NCBI GenBank assembly: GCA_010093995.1
Contig: ML992513.1
Coordinates: 679,203 to 743,202, forward strand
DNA: 64,000 nt
DNA from: Elsinoe ampelina
Taxonomy: Eukaryota
Direction of reading: 5' to 3'
Shown: positions 11,091 to 23,213 of the stretch, piece by piece
Layout: each line of letters starts with the position of its first letter
How positions within the stretch are numbered: position 1 is the first letter of the stretch
Translations under genes and position numbers: made by a program
Notes under the pieces: generated by a model
The model's input: only the letters and a program-made list of their open reading frames with translations
Database searches by the model: none
Told to the model about the DNA's origin: nothing

Positions 11091-13346
11091 ATGAGTGATT
11101 CTCCCGAGGATCCCGCTCAGGCGACCGCTGGAAGCACTCGAGTCGCTGCAGAAGATCCGACAGATAATCCGTGGGAGACCGCCGATGGTGATGACGACAT
11201 GGAGTTTGAGGAGACAGATGAGAGCACCGAAGACGATTTTGGGGAATCAGAGATAGAGATCGAATTTCATGGTTCGTCAAGGCCCAAACCGACTGATTCG
11301 AGCTTGTCGAGTAAATACTGACTGAGACAGATGCAACAGATGAAGTTGAGAGCGGGGCTTCGAGGGACACGACCGAGGAGCCGTCTGGAGATAACGAGGA
11401 CGAAGGAGAGCAGACTGAAAGAGAAGGGAATGGCAACACAACCACAAGAACGACTTTGACTCTGGAAGATCTACAAAGTCTCGGTGCGTGCCCTTGTAGA
11501 CTGAAAGACTTCGACTAATGATCTAGGAGTCACTCAGCGACAACTTCTACAGCTTCTGGGTGGCGCTGGTGTTCGCGGACTCTTCGCCAACCATGGAATA
11601 CGAGTACAAGTAGCAGATGATGACGAAGATGACGACGGAGGAGAAGGCAACTACGGGTATGGTGCCTGGGGAAGGCGAATGCGACGGCGGCGACCTACAG
11701 AGGAGTTCAAGTGGCCACCGGTACCAAATCCAGAAGGGCAGAAGCTGATACAAGAGGGAATTTTCGGTATGAATGAGCCAGAGAAGGATACTCTCAAACG
11801 GCGGAAGAAGAAGCTGGCATACCGGACGATGATGCGGGAGCTAGGACTCGAGACACCCAGCATCGAGAGAGCCAGGAATCGCGTTATGAGGCAGGACATG
11901 ATACCCTCTGCAAAGCCAGACATGTCTATCAACTTTCAATCAAGAGGATACTCGGGCCAATTCTCGGACGATGGCAACTTCTTCTTCACCTGCTCGCAGG
12001 ACTTCTACGTCAGGATGTACGACACCTCTAATCCATATCGGTGGAAGTACTACAAGGAGGTACCTTTCTATGGCGGACAATGGACTATCACGGATGCAAC
12101 ACTTAGCCCAGACAACAAGTATCTCGCGTACAGCAGTATTCGACCGCAAGTCTGCCTCGCAAATACTGACCCGGAGAACTCATCAGAGCCCCAGTCATTA
12201 GACTTTGCCAACCTTGGTTCTGGAGGTCGGACTCGGACACATCGTTATGGTCACTGGGGTGTGAGTATACACTCTAAGTCTTGGAATTGCTGCTAACCAT
12301 ATTACAGATCTGGTCGTTACGGTTCAGTGGCGACGGTAGCGAGATCGTGGCAGGCACGTCGGACAGCAGCATCTATGTCTACGATATGGAAGCTGGCCGA
12401 TCGATACTGAGAATACCTGGACACTCCGACGATGTGAATGCTGTCTGCTATGGTGATAAGTCCTCACCTCATATCCTATACTCTGGTTCCGATGACTGCA
12501 CAATCAAAGTCTGGGACCGAAGATCTCTTGGTGACGGTCGGGAAGCTGGCGTGTTCATGGGACACACAGAAGGTTTGACGTACATCGACAGCAAGGGGGA
12601 TGGAAGATATGTCATCTCCAATGCCAAAGATCAGACCATGAAGCTGTGGGACCTAAGGAAGATGATACCGCCGGAGAAGGCTGAGAAGATCAATCCGATG
12701 TCGTACTCGAGCGGATGGGACTACCGCTATCCGCCTTACGATGAGGCTGATCGGAGAGCCAACCCTCACGATTGCTCGCTGGTCACCTTCAAGGGCCACA
12801 GCGTAGTCAGCACCCTCATCAGATGTCATTTCAGTCCACCAGGATCGACGGACGGACGCTATGTCTACAGTGGAAGTCATGACGGCTCCATCTACATCTG
12901 GAACATGGACGGCAGCTTGAAGTCACAGCTCAAGGTCTCGGAGGCAAGTCGATCCGGTCCAATCGACCCAAGGTATGACGAGTACGACATGATGGGAGAT
13001 AGCCGAACGACCAGAATATTGCGGGATGTGAGCTGGCATCCATTTGCTCCAGTCATTGCTAGTAAGCATAAACCATTTGCCTCGAATGAGACACTTCTGA
13101 CATGTTACAGCTACTTCCTGGAACGGCGGCGCGCACAATAGCGGCACTACTACCGTCCACAGCTGGAATGACGGTCTCAACGACGACGAGGGTGACCCAC
13201 CCATGGGCATCCACGTCAACTCCGAGCTCAAGCAAGAACCTCGCCGCACCCGAGGTGGCACCTCGCGATTCCGGCAACGAGCTGCCAACCGTCGGATGGG
13301 ACTCGACGGAGACAGCGACGATGATACCCTGCAGATGTCGTTATGA
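11091..13346 (+). CDS. WD40-repeat protein of the DCAF11/WDR23/LEC14B family, 5 exons
   Basis: YSGQFSDDGNFFF, WTITDATLSPDNKYLAYSS, GHSDDVNAVC, GHTEGLTYIDSKGDGRY, TLIRCHFSPPGSTDGRYVYSGS; acidic N-terminus. Confidence 0.88.
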
Positions 13347-13755
13347 CGGTTGTGGCTGGATCTCATGGCGCGCATTCTCGATTTCTTTCTTGTGTTTATT
13401 CGACGAAGCTTGAACTTCATCACCTAGGCGCCATGGGTTCCCTGGCACGACTGTATATACTCCCACTCATTTAGATGCATGGTACGGTGGCATGGCAGAT
13501 AGGGTTATGGCTCATGATGGCGAATGAAACTCTCATTTAACCTGACTTTTGTCGCTGAGTGGTATCGTACACTGGTTGTGACATGAGCCGGCACGTGACT
13601 TGCCCTCTTCTGCGCACATGATTGTCAACAGCTCTTGCTTCTCATGATCCTTCCCCTTCATTGGCTTCTTCGCCTTTCCAAACCCACTAAGCCGTATCCT
13701 CTCATCTCCAGCTTCTCTCTTTCTCCTCATCGTTCATCTTGTATCCTCCTTCCTT

Positions 13756-14069
13756 CTAAGCGCCTCCGACTAGAATGTTGTTCACCGGGATATGTACTGC
13801 AATCTCGTCAGCGCCATCTCCGTTGTTCCCGCAATCCATCACTCACTCAGCTTGACGACGTATCCAATGACACCCATGACCAAGAAACCGACACCGACAG
13901 CTTGTGAGATCTTGATGAACTCGCGCTTATCAGCTGAAGATGATATTAGTACTGAGATCAAAGCCACCATGCGCTTCTACTGACGCTTCGTGCATCTGTT
14001 CAAGAACTGTGTGCCTTCCTTCAGGAAGTCCTTGGGCACATCGGCGAACTCCTTGAGCTGGTCCGACAT
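13756..14069 (-). CDS. SSS1: Sec61 translocon gamma subunit, 3 exons (absent from the ORF track)
   Basis: Spliced MSDQLKEFADVPKDFLKEGTQFLNRCTK..DKREFIKISQAVGVGFLVMGVIGYVVKL|IHIPVNNILVGGA*. Confidence 0.93.
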
Positions 14070-14519
14070 GGTGGTAGTGGCGAGCGAGGTCGACTGTGAT
14101 TATCGCAGTGCTTCAGAGGTTACCGGTGATCGAAGGCGAAATGCGACACAGCGAGATAGGTCGAGGCAAGTGGTCAATGGTAAGTCGGAAGATCTTCCAG
14201 TCATGGAGATGAGGTCGAATTTCCCAGGGTTTCTCGATCTTGGCGAGGCCAGATGGCAGCAAAATTAAGGTTTGTGGGGAAGCTCGGTGAGCCACGAGAT
14301 GGGATATCTGAACCACTTTGACCTCATCGGTAAAGTTGGCCAGGCTGGCTCTTCTGCGAACCCTACAGTGGTCCTCCATTCTTTTGGACTCTAACACGCG
14401 GAAAGGTGGAATTTTTCCATTCTGGAGACGATTGTCTGCACTAATCATGCTCCCTCAACATCCCCTTCACTGATGGACCATCTACACCTACTACGACCGA
14501 CGACCCAAGCGCGTCGGCA

Positions 14520-17500
14520 ATGTCCTTGCGTACGCTGCTAGTAGTATACGTTCTCGGCGGACTTACATTCGTCCCTCTTCTCATAGTTTCCGTCTTCGCA
14601 TTCGCCTACTACACGCTCCCCAGAGTCTCTCAGGATGCTGGAAAGCCCACTGACACCGCCGCGAGCAAGCTCACCTCCGACAGCGACTCAGATCTCACCA
14701 AGGACGATGGGTTCGCGGGCAAGGAAGACGCGCCCGGGGGCAGTGGGAATGACGCCGCAGGCTACTTTGCGGTCTGTCGTGAGTATGTCCCCGGCGGCGT
14801 GAACGGCAAGCCGCCGGAGAGGTCTTCGCCAGCTGGAGAGGTGCTCAACTCGGAAAGTCCAAGCGTGTACCAGAGCATGTACAGGAGCATATTCGAGCGG
14901 GGAAAGACGCAAAGCACGGCGTTGGAAGGAGACAAGAAGGATCCCAAGGCTGTAAAGAGACCGAGGAATGTCTTCTTCGTCGTGGTTCGGCATGCACACA
15001 TTCTGCTCTTCGACAACTCGGATCAGCTGGAAGTGCGGCATGTCATATCTCTGTTGCACCACGATGTGGATCTGTATGGCGGGGATGAGGAACTGTCGGA
15101 AGGAGACCTATGGATCAAGAAGAACTGCATCCGGTTGACAAGGAGGTCTTTGCCTGGACACACTGGGAATACCTCGCAACCATTCTACATCTTCTCGGAC
15201 AACTGCTCAGACAAGGAGGACTTCTACCATGCATTACTTTTGGCGCAGTCCACCGCCAGAGATACCGAGAATGTACTCTCACCGAAACCGAGAAAGCTTG
15301 AGACCGATCACATCATCAAGCTCGTCCAGGCTCTTCATACGAATGACAGCGACCATCACTGTCGGTGGTTCAATGCTCTTCTCGGACGGATATTCCTGGC
15401 CATATACAAGACCGAGGATATTAGAGCCGCCGTCAAAGCCAAGATTGACCGCAAGATTTCACGGGTGCCCAAACCTAACTTTATCACCTCCATTCAGGTT
15501 CAGAGCGTCGACATGGGAGACGCAGCACCAGTCTTCTCGAATTGGAAATTGAAGGAGCTCAACATTGATGGCGCTCTCACAGTAGAGGCGGACGTCAAGT
15601 ACACCGGTGGCTTCCGACTGCAAATCGCAGCTATCGCACGGATAGAGCTTGGGTCACGTATTCGAGCGCGAGAGGTAGATCTCGTTCTCGCCGGTGTCTT
15701 ACGGAAGCTTTCTGGACATATCCTAATCAAGATCAAGCCGCCTCCAAGCAATCGACTCTGGATCTCTTTCGAAACCATCCCGCAAATGGACATAGCGGTT
15801 GAGCCTGTTGTAAGCAGCATGCAGATCACATATGGTTTCATCCTCAGAGCCATCGAAAGCAGAATCAGGGAGGTTGTTGGGGAGACACTGGTGTACCCCA
15901 ATTGGGACGACATGCCATTCTTCGACACAGAAGACTACGACTGTAGAGGCGGAATCTGGGATGCTCCCAGGAAAGAAACGAGCAAACCTGCCAAAGATTC
16001 TGCATCGGAAGTCATCGGCATGAACGCCGTCGACATAAAGAGTCCCAGGCTTGACTCCATTGACACTGATCTTGACAGTATTGACAAGATACCGCCCATC
16101 TCGCCCAAGACAATAAGCATGCCGAACCTACTTCCCAGTCCCACCAAGGACGTGACGTCTCGCAAGCATTCTCGAAAGCCTGTGGCCTCCGAGAATGACA
16201 ATGCCAGCGTGCATTCCACATCAACCTCAATCTCGACTCGCGATGCGACCCCGACACCCACCCCACCTCGTTCCAAACCTGCCTCTCCTCGAATCGCTCC
16301 AGCCGATCGTGCTCATGAGAAGCCGAAGCCTCTTCGCTCGAACTCTTTCGCCTCGCCAACCACTGCGATCGTCAGCACAACAGACGATGTCACGCCTACG
16401 GTCTCCCGCTCCATGACGCCGAAGGGCAAAGGCACCCGCGATGCTGCGGATTATGTCAAGGAGGTCAAGAATCGAAGCGAGAGCATGTCTGCTAGACTCC
16501 AGCCTTCATCTGTGGAATCGAGCACGAACACATCGCTCGACTCTCCAAGCGAAGATGAAGGTGTCCGTCGCAGTAATACGGATGCAGTGGCTGCTACTCC
16601 GGCCGAGGCATCCTTCGCTACAGATATTAAGACTCCCCCTATGCCTTCGGCAACGTTCCCTTTGAACAAGATTCCGGCGAGTGCAGATAGAGGACAAGCG
16701 AACAGGAGAAGCTGGAACTTGTCCACGACACCGCCGCAGGGAGGTGTATTGGAGAAGGGCATGAATGCTGCAAAGTCGTGGGGTATCAGCATGATCAATC
16801 GGCAAAATGGAAGAGGCAATAGTGTGAGTGGTTTCACCAGTCTGGCGAAGGAGGCGGGCCTCGAGGATGGGGGCTCCGAAGGGGCGAAAGCCGCTGCCTT
16901 GGCTGCTACACGCGGAAAGGTAGAGGACGACCATGAGAATGTATCGAAGGCAGAAGAGCACGGGGCCGACGGCGAGCGAGATCAGGCGAAGGCGTCTGGC
17001 AAGAATGGGAAGGAGAGGGAGCCCATGGGACGTGGTCAGCCGCTTCCCCCACTTGGAGCACCTCTGCCCGGACCCAAGCCAAGTCTATGGGCTGGTAGTA
17101 ATTTCAACATCGCTGGAACTTTCAAACGGAAGGCAGTGCCTCCAGGCGCGACAGGGCCAAACTCGGCTGGGCACGCCAAAGTCGAGGACGTGGAGCAGTA
17201 CCAGCAAAAAACAAATGGCGCGCTCGAGGATAATGCAGGGACGAAAGAGCAGAAGAGGAAGAGCAGTGGCCCTGTGCATCACGAGAGGCGCAGAAGCAGT
17301 GCCCGCCTTCTGGAGGACGAGACGAGTAATGACCAAGAAGTCATGGTCATTGCCGCTCCAGCCGTGGACGATGATGCAGCGAGCGCCCGATACAGCGAGG
17401 ACGAGGGCGACCTCGGCGAGAGCACAGCCACGATCCAGCCATCGGACGACCACATTAATACGGCTGCTCGATCCCATTCGTCCGACATGGCCATACCATC

Positions 17501-17999
17501 AAAGGCGTCCTCCGCATCCCTATCTCACCCTGCGAAGTCTGTTGCAACCGACCCCGACGCATCATTCATACCAGTCGAGCATGCTCCACCTCCGCACTCT
17601 GAAGCCGAATCCAATTCGACAACCTCCTCTATCGAAGAAACAGAACCCCCGCCACCTCTTCCCGCACGCTCACACACCCCATCACCGACCAAGACCTCCG
17701 TGCCCTCTCTGCCCAAGACCACAGCACCTAGAGAAGCAGTTCCCATGATATCCGCATCCAGCAGCGCAGAAGATGTCTCCACGACTTCAAGAGAGGACAA
17801 GATCTCCCCGACGGCCGCAGCCAGTGTCGCTCCTTCCAATCCTCAACAGGCAGCGAAACCGCCAGGGGCCAGCAAAGGCAGTGTCAAAGGCAAAGGCGGA
17901 TGGTACACCTCTGCTTTCGTCGGAGGAGGGAATGCGAGGACGAATAATGCGGGACAAGCAGGCAAAGGCGCAGGGAAGGGCAAGGAGAAGGGGGATTGA
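14520..17999 (+). CDS. NVJ2: PH + SMP domain membrane-contact-site lipid-transfer protein (Nvj2/TEX2-like)
   Basis: 1159-aa intronless ORF; N-terminal TM (YVLGGLTFVPL), PH region (FFVVVRHAHILLF, SDKEDFYHALL), SMP region (RWFNALLGRIF, KPPPSNRLW, ETLVYPNWDD), disordered tail. Confidence 0.88.
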   Translation: MSLRTLLVVYVLGGLTFVPLLIVSVFAFAYYTLPRVSQDAGKPTDTAASKLTSDSDSDLTKDDGFAGKEDAPGGSGNDAAGYFAVCREYVPGGVNGKPPERSSPAGEVLNSESPSVYQSMYRSIFERGKTQSTALEGDKKDPKAVKRPRNVFFVVVRHAHILLFDNSDQLEVRHVISLLHHDVDLYGGDEELSEGDLWIKKNCIRLTRRSLPGHTGNTSQPFYIFSDNCSDKEDFYHALLLAQSTARDTENVLSPKPRKLETDHIIKLVQALHTNDSDHHCRWFNALLGRIFLAIYKTEDIRAAVKAKIDRKISRVPKPNFITSIQVQSVDMGDAAPVFSNWKLKELNIDGALTVEADVKYTGGFRLQIAAIARIELGSRIRAREVDLVLAGVLRKLSGHILIKIKPPPSNRLWISFETIPQMDIAVEPVVSSMQITYGFILRAIESRIREVVGETLVYPNWDDMPFFDTEDYDCRGGIWDAPRKETSKPAKDSASEVIGMNAVDIKSPRLDSIDTDLDSIDKIPPISPKTISMPNLLPSPTKDVTSRKHSRKPVASENDNASVHSTSTSISTRDATPTPTPPRSKPASPRIAPADRAHEKPKPLRSNSFASPTTAIVSTTDDVTPTVSRSMTPKGKGTRDAADYVKEVKNRSESMSARLQPSSVESSTNTSLDSPSEDEGVRRSNTDAVAATPAEASFATDIKTPPMPSATFPLNKIPASADRGQANRRSWNLSTTPPQGGVLEKGMNAAKSWGISMINRQNGRGNSVSGFTSLAKEAGLEDGGSEGAKAAALAATRGKVEDDHENVSKAEEHGADGERDQAKASGKNGKEREPMGRGQPLPPLGAPLPGPKPSLWAGSNFNIAGTFKRKAVPPGATGPNSAGHAKVEDVEQYQQKTNGALEDNAGTKEQKRKSSGPVHHERRRSSARLLEDETSNDQEVMVIAAPAVDDDAASARYSEDEGDLGESTATIQPSDDHINTAARSHSSDMAIPSKASSASLSHPAKSVATDPDASFIPVEHAPPPHSEAESNSTTSSIEETEPPPPLPARSHTPSPTKTSVPSLPKTTAPREAVPMISASSSAEDVSTTSREDKISPTAAASVAPSNPQQAAKPPGASKGSVKGKGGWYTSAFVGGGNARTNNAGQAGKGAGKGKEKGD

Positions 18000-18646
18000 G
18001 GCTTTGACATCTTCGAGCGGAGGGGAGAGAGGGAGAGGAAGGCGAGGATGTTGGTTGGCATAGCATTTGGTATTGTGGAATTGGACGGATGAAGCTGGCG
18101 ACGGGAGAGGACGGGCATCAAGGGCGTTTTGGTTTGGAGGGGATACCCTATGTTTTGCCTGGGCATAGTTTGGTTCAATGAACATCATGACATCTCTTCT
18201 TCGCTCGCATGGACTCGTGCTGAGGCCGAGGTTGGGTCTCCCGTCTTTCAGACTGCCTGCTGTCGAATTTTTCTTGACAGCCTGCAAGCACGCCGATTCC
18301 GCGACGCAAACCTTCGCCATCTGGTAGTACTTGCTTATCTGATCCTACCAGGTCCTGGTCGGACTTGGATAATCTTGTTCGCCATCACGTGCAAGTAGAA
18401 ATTATACATGACATCTGTGCTATGTAGACTCTGGCTGCACCCTGTTTCCCAGATCCATGCGAGACAACCTACCCTGCGACCTCCCCGTCTCTGCCCACCT
18501 GCCCGTTCCTCCCCTCCCAATATCGGAAATCGCAAACAAAGAAACCAAGACAACAAACGCTGGAACGCTCGACGGTATACTGCTCCTGCACAGCTTCAAG
18601 TCAACCCTCCCGTAATCTCCTCCCTACCCCCGTTGTGCCCACCCTC

Positions 18647-19363
18647 CTACCACGCGTTCCGGTCCCAATTCGGATCTGCAACATCCATAGTCAGCCAGTG
18701 TTCTTTGTCCCCGACGTCCCGACCGCTCTGGGCCTCTTGTCCCCCCCTCCCTGCCGCAAGCGTGTCCTTCCCTCCCACCATCATTCCCCCCTCCTATCCC
18801 CCCCACACACAAACGACAAAACTCACCTTGCACAAACGGCCCCAACACCCTGCTCCCAGTCTGCAACAGCGGATGCCCCACCACAATCTTGAGAAACCTC
18901 TCCAACCCCTTCCTCCGCTCCTCGATCACCGCGTCGTCGAATTTGTTGAAGTATACCTTCCCCGGCAACGGGGGGATGGTCACCCGCGCCGACTCCCGCT
19001 CCAGTATGTCCCGGAAGTACTCGAAATCCGAGTAGCGCCGGCGCACGGCCGAGTTGCGGAGCTTGAAGGATGGGATGTTGGTGCTGAGCGTGATGAGGTA
19101 GGTGGTGTATCGTGAGGAGGGCGTGAGGCCGTGGGTTTGCGGGTCTTTGACCTGGGAGGGGAGGGGTTAGAGGGGGTTTTGAGAGGGTTTCTGCGGAGGG
19201 GCAGGATGGAGGGGCGGGAGGGAAGGGGGGAAGGGTCTTTGTGCTTGCGAGGGAGGAATGAGAGGCAGGGGGACAAGGGCCGTACTTCGATTTCGAGAAA
19301 GTTTTCGGGCGGGCCGTAGATTTCTTCGAAGCTTTGTTGGCGGGTTTCTGGGAGGGCCTGCAT
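18647..19363 (-). CDS. SNX3: Sorting nexin 3 (PX domain), 3 exons
   Basis: [26 protein letters not shown]...[31 protein letters not shown]...GHPLLQTGS...|DPNWDRNAW*. Confidence 0.94.
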
Positions 19364-20016
19364 GGTTGCTGGTTGGTGTGGGTGTTGATGTTTCGGGGGT
19401 TGTTTGTTTGTCTTGCTTTGTTCGGCGTGCGCGCGGGCAATTGGTTGGTGGATGGAAGAACACCGACCCGCTTGTCTGAAACCAGTCGACTGCGATGTGC
19501 CGCGCGAATCGGTATGCTGAATTGGTGTGTTTGCGAGATGCGATCGATGGGTGGTGATGGCTCGAAGTCAATGCCAAGCAGATGGGCTTCCTTCGGTTTG
19601 CCAGAGTCGGCCATCCGAAACGTTAATGGGCAACGTCAATTCACATCAAGCACGGAAGGAAGATGGAGTCGCGAGAAACAAACTGTCATTATCATTGACG
19701 AAATCCGCCGGTGTCAATGCTGTTTGGGTATCTGTATGTGCATATGCACATGAATGTCCGCTCATTACCATCCCAGAACCTGCCGCCCACGCTTTGCATG
19801 TGCGGCGACCTCCTTGAACATCGTCCACACTGCACACCATGTGACCGTGATTGTAGGTCTGGTAGGAAATGGCAGTATTCCCTAAGCTGAAAGCGAGTTC
19901 TCCTTCTTTGTTTAATCATGCCAACGCTCGTCGCCCGTTCCGATGGTCGCGGCTGGGGCAGTCGATTCTCAATGGAAACCACGGGTCGAGGATGATCACA
20001 CTCTGCGCCTGGTACA

Positions 20017-20717
20017 CTAGGCTAAGTGGCGCGGGAACATCTGGCTTCTGCATACTATGCATGCTAGGTAACTGGAACACTGAGATCGAGCGCCCTGGAA
20101 CATCGGTTCTCTACCTTGCCGTAGTTGTTGCGGAATGCATGCGAGCTTTCTTTGGGTCGATCCGGTGGCGAGAACATGGCGAAAGAGACTGGCAGTTCCA
20201 CAAAGGACTTGCAATGATCTTTGTGTATGAAACTCGTCAGAGAAGTTCTGCTGGAATGTGGCTCCTTTGTTAACATGGAGGATACTTTGCATATATAGTT
20301 CAGTAATATCGCTGCTGCTGCAACTTCCACCGGTCACACTCGTTTTCAAGACTTCACTTCAGCAAACTTCAAGGTCTACCAACCAACAACACCAACACAA
20401 TCAATCATCATGCCCTATATTTGGAATGCACGTTTACTCCTGTCTGATGAGGTAGAGCAAAGCTAACAGGTCCCAGGGCGTTACCCTCCCAAATAACTCC
20501 CGCCCATTCTTCGCTTGCACAATCCAGTAGACGAGCACTGCTCGGCAATGCTCTGATTCGGGGCAGCACCAAGATCTGTACGACGATCTCATGTTGAACA
20601 TCATGACCATGTCGTCCACGACATAATTGAAGTTGTTCAACTTGTTGCCATCTGTGTGGCAAGCCCGCCGTTGGAGCAGACAGCTATTGCGTTCGCCATG
20701 CGCCTCCGCTTCTGCGA
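20017..20717 (-). pseudogene. Possible MAT-associated unknown gene or degenerate relic
   Basis: Branch point and acceptor (CTGAC..CAG, 20718-20720) precede a stop-free ~94-codon stretch 20717-20434; a second open stretch 20349-20017 follows; the putative upstream exon carries in-frame TAA codons. Confidence 0.3.
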
Positions 20718-21742
20718 CTGGGTGTCAGTATCTCACGCAGAGAATCAAGGGGCTAGAAGTTCTCGTTCTTTATTCGAAGTATTGGTCTCACATTTTATTC
20801 GATTCGTTTGTTATCCCAGCGCCTCGGCGTTTGCGATTTCACCACTGTTCCGCGGAATTTGGTTCGTAGATTTTTAGAAGCAATAGAATCCAGCATGAGC
20901 TTCCAGTTCGTCGTGCCCTGAAAATGCAAATTGTGCCGATGGAAGGGCCGTTGTGGTAGTTTGTTTGTGATCAGTCTCATTCCGCATGCGCAAGGTACGC
21001 ATTCTGCTGCCCCTTTGTGCCCAACATTCCAAAAAAAAATATCAAGTACAAAGTATAAATCATTTAAGATCTGTGGAGGCCTCACATTGCGTGCCCAAAA
21101 TATCTAGTCGTAGCTGGTTACGTTGGCTCGTCGACAATTTGCACTTCCTACCACATCCATCCTTCTTGCACGGATGGGCAGTCTCAACAGACCTATCTTC
21201 GACTGCTGCTGGTAGTACTCCGTCTGTTAGTGCTCAGAAAATCCCCCTCTTGGACCACCGCCATCTATCGGCAGTTTGTCATGATCTGACGATCCCTGTA
21301 GCGAAAAGGTTTCCTTGAGATACCTGGCAGTATCCCGACCTTGTCGACCTTCGCCAGCAGGATAGGGCGCTTCGGCGCTTTGTACATCGACAGATATACT
21401 TACGTTCCCACTCGCGGGAAGAATCGCATGGTTGTGTCTGTTCCCGGCAGACATCTTCGAAGTGTAAAGCCCAAATTCACATGGGCAGGATCGAGATCAT
21501 GGTATGAACTTCGCCCCTTCACATGCAATTTCTCCCCACGATCGACAACTTCATGAAACACCTCCAGCCACATTCTTATTGAGCTATTTTCCTATTGTCA
21601 GCCTCCTACATTTCATCGAGAGCGTCAATGCTGCAATTCACCTTTCATATATGAATCCTCCTTTCGCCTTTTTGCATCCTCATTTCTGCATTCCTCAGTC
21701 CTCATATTTCGCCATACACATTCTCACAATCGCTTCACCACC

Positions 21743-22763
21743 ATGTCTCAAATCAACGTTCTCGCATTCACTGGTCTGACTGGGGGGCAGCAAGCCATCG
21801 AGAAGCTCTGGGTCGTTCTGATCCAAGAGTTATCCAAAGGTCAAGATCAATTCGAAATCGCCATTCCTGCTTCCGTCGCCCTCGACATGGGCGCAGAAGG
21901 CATTGAAGCCATCGTTCAGAGATGCAAATCATTCAACGATAGCTCCGTCGAGCCTCACATGAGCGAAGATGGAAGCACCGTCCAGCTCAAGGTCTTGTCT
22001 GCCGAAGCGAAGAGAAGGCAGCAGCTTGCACAGATGCTTGCTGGTGGTACTCAGACTCCCAGGAGCATTCCGCGCCCGAAGAACTGCTTCATCCTCTACC
22101 GTCAACACCATCACTCCAACATGGTCTACCGCTTCCCGAATATGCACAACAACCAGATTTGTAAGACTCAGCACCCCTGCTTGTTGCCACAATTCTAACA
22201 TCCAGTCAGCTCAGGTCATTGGCGCCATGTGGAAATCGGAGCCTCAAGCAGTCCGCGACGAATGGAAGCGCAAGGCCGAGCTTGCAAAGATCGAGCACGA
22301 ACGCATGTACCCCGACTACCAATATGCGCCTCGTCGTCCAGGTACCAAGAAGCGTCGCGCAGCTCGCAAGTCAAGATCCACCAACGAGAACACCGCCGCC
22401 GCCGCTGCTGCCGACACAGACGCCGCTGCCACTCCTCAGCTGGATTTCGATGACCAGGACCCTGCTACGCCAGAGCTCGGCCTCGACAACTTCCCAACAT
22501 TCCCTGAGCCAGCCGAAAACTTCGACTTTGCTGACTACCAGCCCGTCTACCACAACCAGCAACCCGTGGCCAACAACAACATCCAGCCCGACCTCGACTT
22601 CCAGCTGCCCGTCTTCCCCAACGACTTCAAAGCCGAAGACTTCAACACCAACACCTTCAACACCGACCTCTTCCCCGAACACCAGAACCTCGAACAGCTC
22701 CTCGAAGCCGAGATCAACAACATCATGACCGGCGCCGACGACATGTTCGCCCAAGACTTCTGA
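21743..22763 (+). CDS. MAT1-2-1: Mating-type HMG-box transcription factor; exons 21743-22160 and 22210-22763
   Basis: IPRPKNCFILYRQHHH...HNNQI-S-QVIGAMWKSE...HERMYPDYQYAPRRP; intron splits the Ser codon inside the HMG box as typical for MAT1-2-1; acidic C-terminus; adjacent to APN2/COX13/APC5. Confidence 0.93.
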
Positions 22764-23213
22764 GTCCACATTCCCAACACCAACGAGCAGGAGATACTCC
22801 AGACAAGAGGTCCATACCAGCGATGAGCCATATCAAGAGGCCAGAGGGGGATGCCACCAGTCTCTAGCCATCAGAGCAGAGCGGTCACGAATTCTGCGTT
22901 TTGTTTTCCTGCTTTCATCGAGTGCTTTTCTGCAGATATCATAATGATACCCCATATCCTCCCACTGTCCTCTCCCCTGCCAGTCCAAGTGTCGTGTCGC
23001 GTGCCATGTCCAGGATTTCCCATGACCACTTTCCAGGCGCACAAACGCACAAGCACAAAACATGGGCAAGCAAAGAGACAAGGCAAGCAAAGGGACAAGT
23101 CAAGACAAATGCACAAACACCAAACCCCCCCAGCAAAAATTCTTCCATGACGCTATCATAAGAAATACAGAATCGTAACACCCACCCACCAGCCGACCCA
23201 AGCAAGGTCGTCA

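Noticed and set aside
16933..17748. 271-aa alternative-frame ORF inside NVJ2
   Set aside because: Shadow ORF in a GC-rich low-complexity coding region with no recognisable motifs.
19700..21700. MAT1-1-1 alpha-box gene (homothallic arrangement)
   Set aside because: No RPLN-type alpha-box motif in any ORF I could read.
21969..22763. 264-aa ORF as a stand-alone gene
   Set aside because: It is exon 2 of MAT1-2-1 extended upstream through the intron.
22960..23130. Short imperfect repeats (GTGTC, CAAG(G/A)CAAG) between MAT1-2-1 and APN2
   Set aside because: Low-complexity 3'UTR sequence with no TIR, TSD or regular spacing; not a CRISPR array or transposon.
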